Positions 60,634 through 64,000 of a DNA stretch of 64,000 nucleotides are shown here, piece by piece. The translations under genes and the position numbers were made by a program. The DNA lies in NCBI GenBank assembly GCA_963733085.1, contig CAVTBY010000013.1, positions 2,809-66,808 of the forward strand, in the 5' to 3' direction. Source of the stretch: Ilumatobacteraceae bacterium. Lineage in GTDB: Bacteria > Actinomycetota > Acidimicrobiia > Acidimicrobiales > Ilumatobacteraceae. Position 1 is the first letter of the stretch; each line of letters opens with the position of its first letter. The notes beneath the pieces were generated by a model, which saw nothing but the letters and a program-made list of their open reading frames with translations, made no database searches and was not told the origin of the DNA.

Positions 60634-61743
60634 TCAGCGCACGCCAAGTCGCGCCCCGACGAGTTCGATGCGCTCGTCCGGTTGCACGACCGCGACGCGG
60701 ATGAATCGGTCACTCACGGCGCCGTAGAACTCGCCCGGGCTGACAACTGCACCACCCTCCCGAGCAAGGCGCTCGGCGATCTTCCACCCATCACCGACGT
60801 CGACCCACAGGTAGAACGCTCCGTCAGGCGACGGGACGTCGACGCCCAGCCAGCTGCCGAGGATCCCGCCAATCAGGTCGAGCCGGCGCTGATACCGCGC
60901 ACGCTGCTCTGCGACGTGAGCGTCGTCGTCCAGGGCGGCGACAGCGGCGGCCTGGGCCGGCCCCGGCACCATCATGCCGACGTGCTTGCGAACCTGCTGC
61001 AGGTAGTCGACGAGATCGGCGTCCCCGGCATAGAAGCCGACACGAACCCCGGCCAGATTCGAGCGCTTCGACAATGAGTGGACGGCGACGACGCCCTCGG
61101 TGCCGTGCTCGAGGATCGATCGTGGTGGGCCGGTCCACGTGAACTCGACGTAGCACTCGTCAGAGAACACGGGGACACCGCGGCGGCGACCCCAGGCGGC
61201 GACCGAGCCCAGATCGTCGCAAACACCGGTCGGGTTGCCGGGCGAGTTGACCCACAGGGCGAGGGCGCGCTCCGCGTCAGACTCGGAGATGGCGTCGAGG
61301 TCCAGTCGCCCCGTCGATGTCGCCGGCACGGCGACTGCACGGCAGCCGGCGAGGATCGCGCCCATCTCATAGGTCGGGTAGGCGATTTCGGGATACAGCA
61401 CGGTGTCACGGTCAGGGGTCCGCAGGTGCAGCCAATGCGGCAGCGTCGCGACGAACTCCTTGGTGCCGACACACGCGGCGACCTGACTGGGCTCGACGGC
61501 AACGTCGAAGCGCCGGGCGATCCAATCGACCATCGACCGTCGCAGCTCCGCCGACCCTGGACTCGACGGGTAGCCACGCTCGCTGTTCGACGTCGACAGC
61601 GCCCGCACGACCGCATCCGGCGGTGGATCGATCGGGGTGCCAATCGAGAGGTCGACCGCACCGCCCGGCAACGTGGTGGCAATCGCCAAGAGTTCGTCAA
61701 GCCGCTCGTACGGGTACGGAGGCGGAACAAACCCGCCGTTCAC
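60634..61743 (-). CDS. dapC: class I/II aminotransferase (succinyldiaminopimelate transaminase-like)
   Basis: DLSIGTP.D, NSPGNPTG, SDECY, SLSKRSNLAG.RVGF; lies near dapF. Confidence 0.85.
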   Translation of the reverse strand: MNGGFVPPPYPYERLDELLAIATTLPGGAVDLSIGTPIDPPPDAVVRALSTSNSERGYPSSPGSAELRRSMVDWIARRFDVAVEPSQVAACVGTKEFVATLPHWLHLRTPDRDTVLYPEIAYPTYEMGAILAGCRAVAVPATSTGRLDLDAISESDAERALALWVNSPGNPTGVCDDLGSVAAWGRRRGVPVFSDECYVEFTWTGPPRSILEHGTEGVVAVHSLSKRSNLAGVRVGFYAGDADLVDYLQQVRKHVGMMVPGPAQAAAVAALDDDAHVAEQRARYQRRLDLIGGILGSWLGVDVPSPDGAFYLWVDVGDGWKIAERLAREGGAVVSPGEFYGAVSDRFIRVAVVQPDERIELVGARLGVR

Positions 61744-61817
61744 TGCGTTCCCCGGCCACGCCGTGTTCTGCCTGCGCAGCTGGTTACCGCTCCCTCGCTG
61801 GCGCTCGGTCGCTCGCA
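61741..61817 (-). repeat. dispersed repeat with CGTGGCCGGGGAACGCA core, copy 3 (fills the hflX-dapC spacer)
   Basis: Minus strand TGCGAGCGACCGAGCGCCAGCGAGGGAGCG...GGCGTGGCCGGGGAACGCAGTG, ending on the dapC GTG. Confidence 0.75.
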
Positions 61818-61822
61818 CCAAG

Positions 61823-63145
61823 CTACGACGCTCTTCCGTTGCCCGGCCCGTCGATGAACGCGCTGAGACGACCGACCGACGGTCCGGACAGTCGGGCACG
61901 CACCCTCATCGCCTCCGCGTCGTCGATCGTCGAGACGACCTCACCCTCACGATGGATCGCCGCCAGCACATCGCCCCGATCGTACGGCACGGTCAGTTCG
62001 ACGACGGTGGTCAGGGCGCGGAGTCGATCGGCGAGGGCGGCGAGGAGATCATCGAGGCCGGCGCCGGTGACCGCACTGATCGCCACCGACCCTGGGTGGT
62101 CCGCGACGAGCTGTTTGGCAGCGAGCGGGGCCAGGTCGGCCTTGTTGAACACGATCAGCTCGGGCACCCGCTCGGCGCCGATCTCACCGAGCACCGTGCG
62201 CACGGCGTCGATCTGGCCGGCCGGATCGACGGCAGTCGCATCGACGACGTGGATGAGGTAATCGGCGTCGGTCGCCACCTCGAGCGTGCTCTTGAACGCC
62301 TCCACGAGGCCGTGGGGCAGGCGCCGTACGAAACCGACGGTGTCGGTGAGCAGCACCGGCTCCCCACCAGGTAGCGCCAACCGTCTCGTCGTCGGGTCGA
62401 GGGTGGCGAACAAGCGGTTCTCCGTGAGCACGCCGGCATCCGTGAGGGCATTGAGCAAGGTCGACTTCCCGGCGTTCGTGTAGCCGACGATCGTGACCGA
62501 AGCGAGGCCACTGCGCTGGCGCTGCTTGCGTTGCAGGTCGCGGGTGCGATCGAGCTCCTTGAGGTCTCGATCCAGCTTGCTGATCCGTCGCAGGATGCGC
62601 CGCCGGTCGACCTCTAGCCTCGTCTCGCCGCCGCCGAAGCGCATGCCGACGCCGCCGCGCTGCTGGGCGAGTCGGGCAGCGGCGCCACGCCGCAACCGAG
62701 GCAGGCGATAGCGCAGCAGAGCCAGCTCGACCTGCGTGCGACCTTCGAGCGTGTGGGCGTTCTGGGCGAAGATGTCGAGGATCACCGCCGTGCGGTCGAT
62801 TGCCGTGCGGCCGAGAAGACGCTCGAGGTTGTACTGCTGCGCCGGGGTCAGTTCATTGTCGAACACGACGGTGTCGGCGTCGACCGCAAGGCACAACTGG
62901 CGGAGTTCCTCGGCCTTGCCTTTGCCGACGAACCAGGTGCGATCCGGGACGTCGCGTCGTTGCGTGATCCGTGCCGCCTCGTCCGCACCGGCGGTGTCGA
63001 CAAGGGAGGCGAGCTCGTCGAGGCTCGCGTCGGCCTCCTCGTCGGACGTGCCGGGAAAGGGTACGCCGACGAGGACGATGCGCTCACGGAAGGCGCGTTC
63101 GATGAGGGTTGCACCGAGCGCTTCGGAATAGGGCGTGTTACTCAT
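61823..63145 (-). CDS. hflX: GTPase HflX
   Basis: DRTAVILDIFA, GYTNAGKS, LFATLD, DTVGF, NKAD. Confidence 0.97.
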   Translation of the reverse strand: MSNTPYSEALGATLIERAFRERIVLVGVPFPGTSDEEADASLDELASLVDTAGADEAARITQRRDVPDRTWFVGKGKAEELRQLCLAVDADTVVFDNELTPAQQYNLERLLGRTAIDRTAVILDIFAQNAHTLEGRTQVELALLRYRLPRLRRGAAARLAQQRGGVGMRFGGGETRLEVDRRRILRRISKLDRDLKELDRTRDLQRKQRQRSGLASVTIVGYTNAGKSTLLNALTDAGVLTENRLFATLDPTTRRLALPGGEPVLLTDTVGFVRRLPHGLVEAFKSTLEVATDADYLIHVVDATAVDPAGQIDAVRTVLGEIGAERVPELIVFNKADLAPLAAKQLVADHPGSVAISAVTGAGLDDLLAALADRLRALTTVVELTVPYDRGDVLAAIHREGEVVSTIDDAEAMRVRARLSGPSVGRLSAFIDGPGNGRAS

Positions 63146-63963
63146 CGGATTCGGTACTCGATTGTTGCCACGTAGGTGGTCGGGCCGCTCAGCGACACCG
63201 TCGTCACGCCGGCGGCGTCGTCCTCGATCCCAACGCTTGCACGTCCACCATCCATCTGGACCACGAGTTTCCCGTCCTGCGGCGCGGCCAGTCCCCACCT
63301 CGCTGCCGCCACAGCGGCAGCGCACGCCCCGGTGCCGCATGCCTCGGTGATGCCGACACCGCGCTCGTGCACGCGCATCGTGATCGAATCGGCCGTGGGG
63401 CCGGCCGCCACGATTTCGAGGTTGACCTCGGGGAGGGCACGACCGAGTGTTTCGAGGTCGACTGCGTGGAGGTCGTCGACGGCGACGACGGTGTGCGGGT
63501 TGCCGACGCTGAGATGGGCCGCCGGACGAGCCGCATCCGTGCCGACGCTCGCCCATTTCGCTGGGGCAGCAATGACCACGACCTCGCCCAGCGCGGCGGT
63601 GGCGAACATCGTCGCCGGATCGTCGGTCGGCTCGAGCTCGACGCGACGGAGGCCGGCGTCGGTAGCGACCGTCATCTGCACCGCGCCATCGTCACCTCGC
63701 CGCCGGGCGAGGGCGTGCGCGAAGCAGCGCAGACCGTTCCCGCTGATCTCGGCCCGTCCGCCATCGGCGTTGAACAGCACCATCTCGGCGCTGGCGTCTG
63801 GATGGCTCTCGCCGATCAGCAGCCCGTCGGCACCGACTCCCCTGCGGCGGTCGCACACTCGCCGCGCCAGGTCGGACAACTCCGGCATGGTCAGGTCGAT
63901 GTGGAAACCGATGAGGAAGTCGTTGCCGAGTCCGTGGTGTTTGACCAGCTGCTGCGAGTTCAT
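63142..63963 (-). CDS. dapF: diaminopimelate epimerase
   Basis: KHHGLGNDF, GADG, NADG..AEISGNGLRC, GNPH, ERGVG.TEACGTG. Confidence 0.95.
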   Translation of the reverse strand: MNSQQLVKHHGLGNDFLIGFHIDLTMPELSDLARRVCDRRRGVGADGLLIGESHPDASAEMVLFNADGGRAEISGNGLRCFAHALARRRGDDGAVQMTVATDAGLRRVELEPTDDPATMFATAALGEVVVIAAPAKWASVGTDAARPAAHLSVGNPHTVVAVDDLHAVDLETLGRALPEVNLEIVAAGPTADSITMRVHERGVGITEACGTGACAAAVAAARWGLAAPQDGKLVVQMDGGRASVGIEDDAAGVTTVSLSGPTTYVATIEYRIR

Positions 63964-64000
63964 GAGGTGAGGGCGTCGATGACGCTCGTCCGCACCTCGG

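Noticed and set aside
63960-64000. Possible miaA C-terminus upstream of dapF
   Set aside because: Only ~13 codons are visible; the call would rest on synteny alone.

Overview
GC-rich bacterial window that appears to join two unrelated pieces at about position 7540. Bases 1-7540 resemble a soil alphaproteobacterial accessory region: a YsnF/DUF2382 protein, a probable HhH-phasin fusion, an SDR, a spore photoproduct lyase-like radical SAM enzyme, PAP2, DoxX, and degenerate TniB and IS110/IS1111 remnants. From ~7540, beginning abruptly inside leuS, the sequence resembles an actinobacterial (Acidimicrobiia/Ilumatobacter-like) chromosome. It carries msrB, a LAL-type LuxR regulator, a PhoPR-like two-component system, an ECF sigma and tRNA-Ala(GGC). 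An ~18 kb choline/glycine-betaine cluster follows, combining ABC uptake, BetA, a dimethylglycine-dehydrogenase-like enzyme with ETF, and a cobalamin methyl-transfer module (corrinoid protein, DUF1638, PF13769 protein, RamA-like activase, non-pyrrolysine MttB, stand-alone homocysteine methyltransferase). The remainder holds rsfS/nadD, a sigma-70, class II DAHP synthase, thiolase, tdk, ligB, korAB, a WYL regulator, nrdJ/nrdR/lexA and dapC/hflX/dapF. Many single-base frameshifts suggest long-read errors. The most notable signals are the betaine-to-methionine corrinoid module, a MIRU-like mini-ORF that preserves translational coupling, AT-recoded patches at the conserved catalytic motifs of nrdJ, a structured nrdJ leader, the HhH-phasin fusion, and two look-alike small basic proteins beside LAL and WYL regulators. 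All calls, including taxonomy, come from reading the sequence by eye; no database searches were run.
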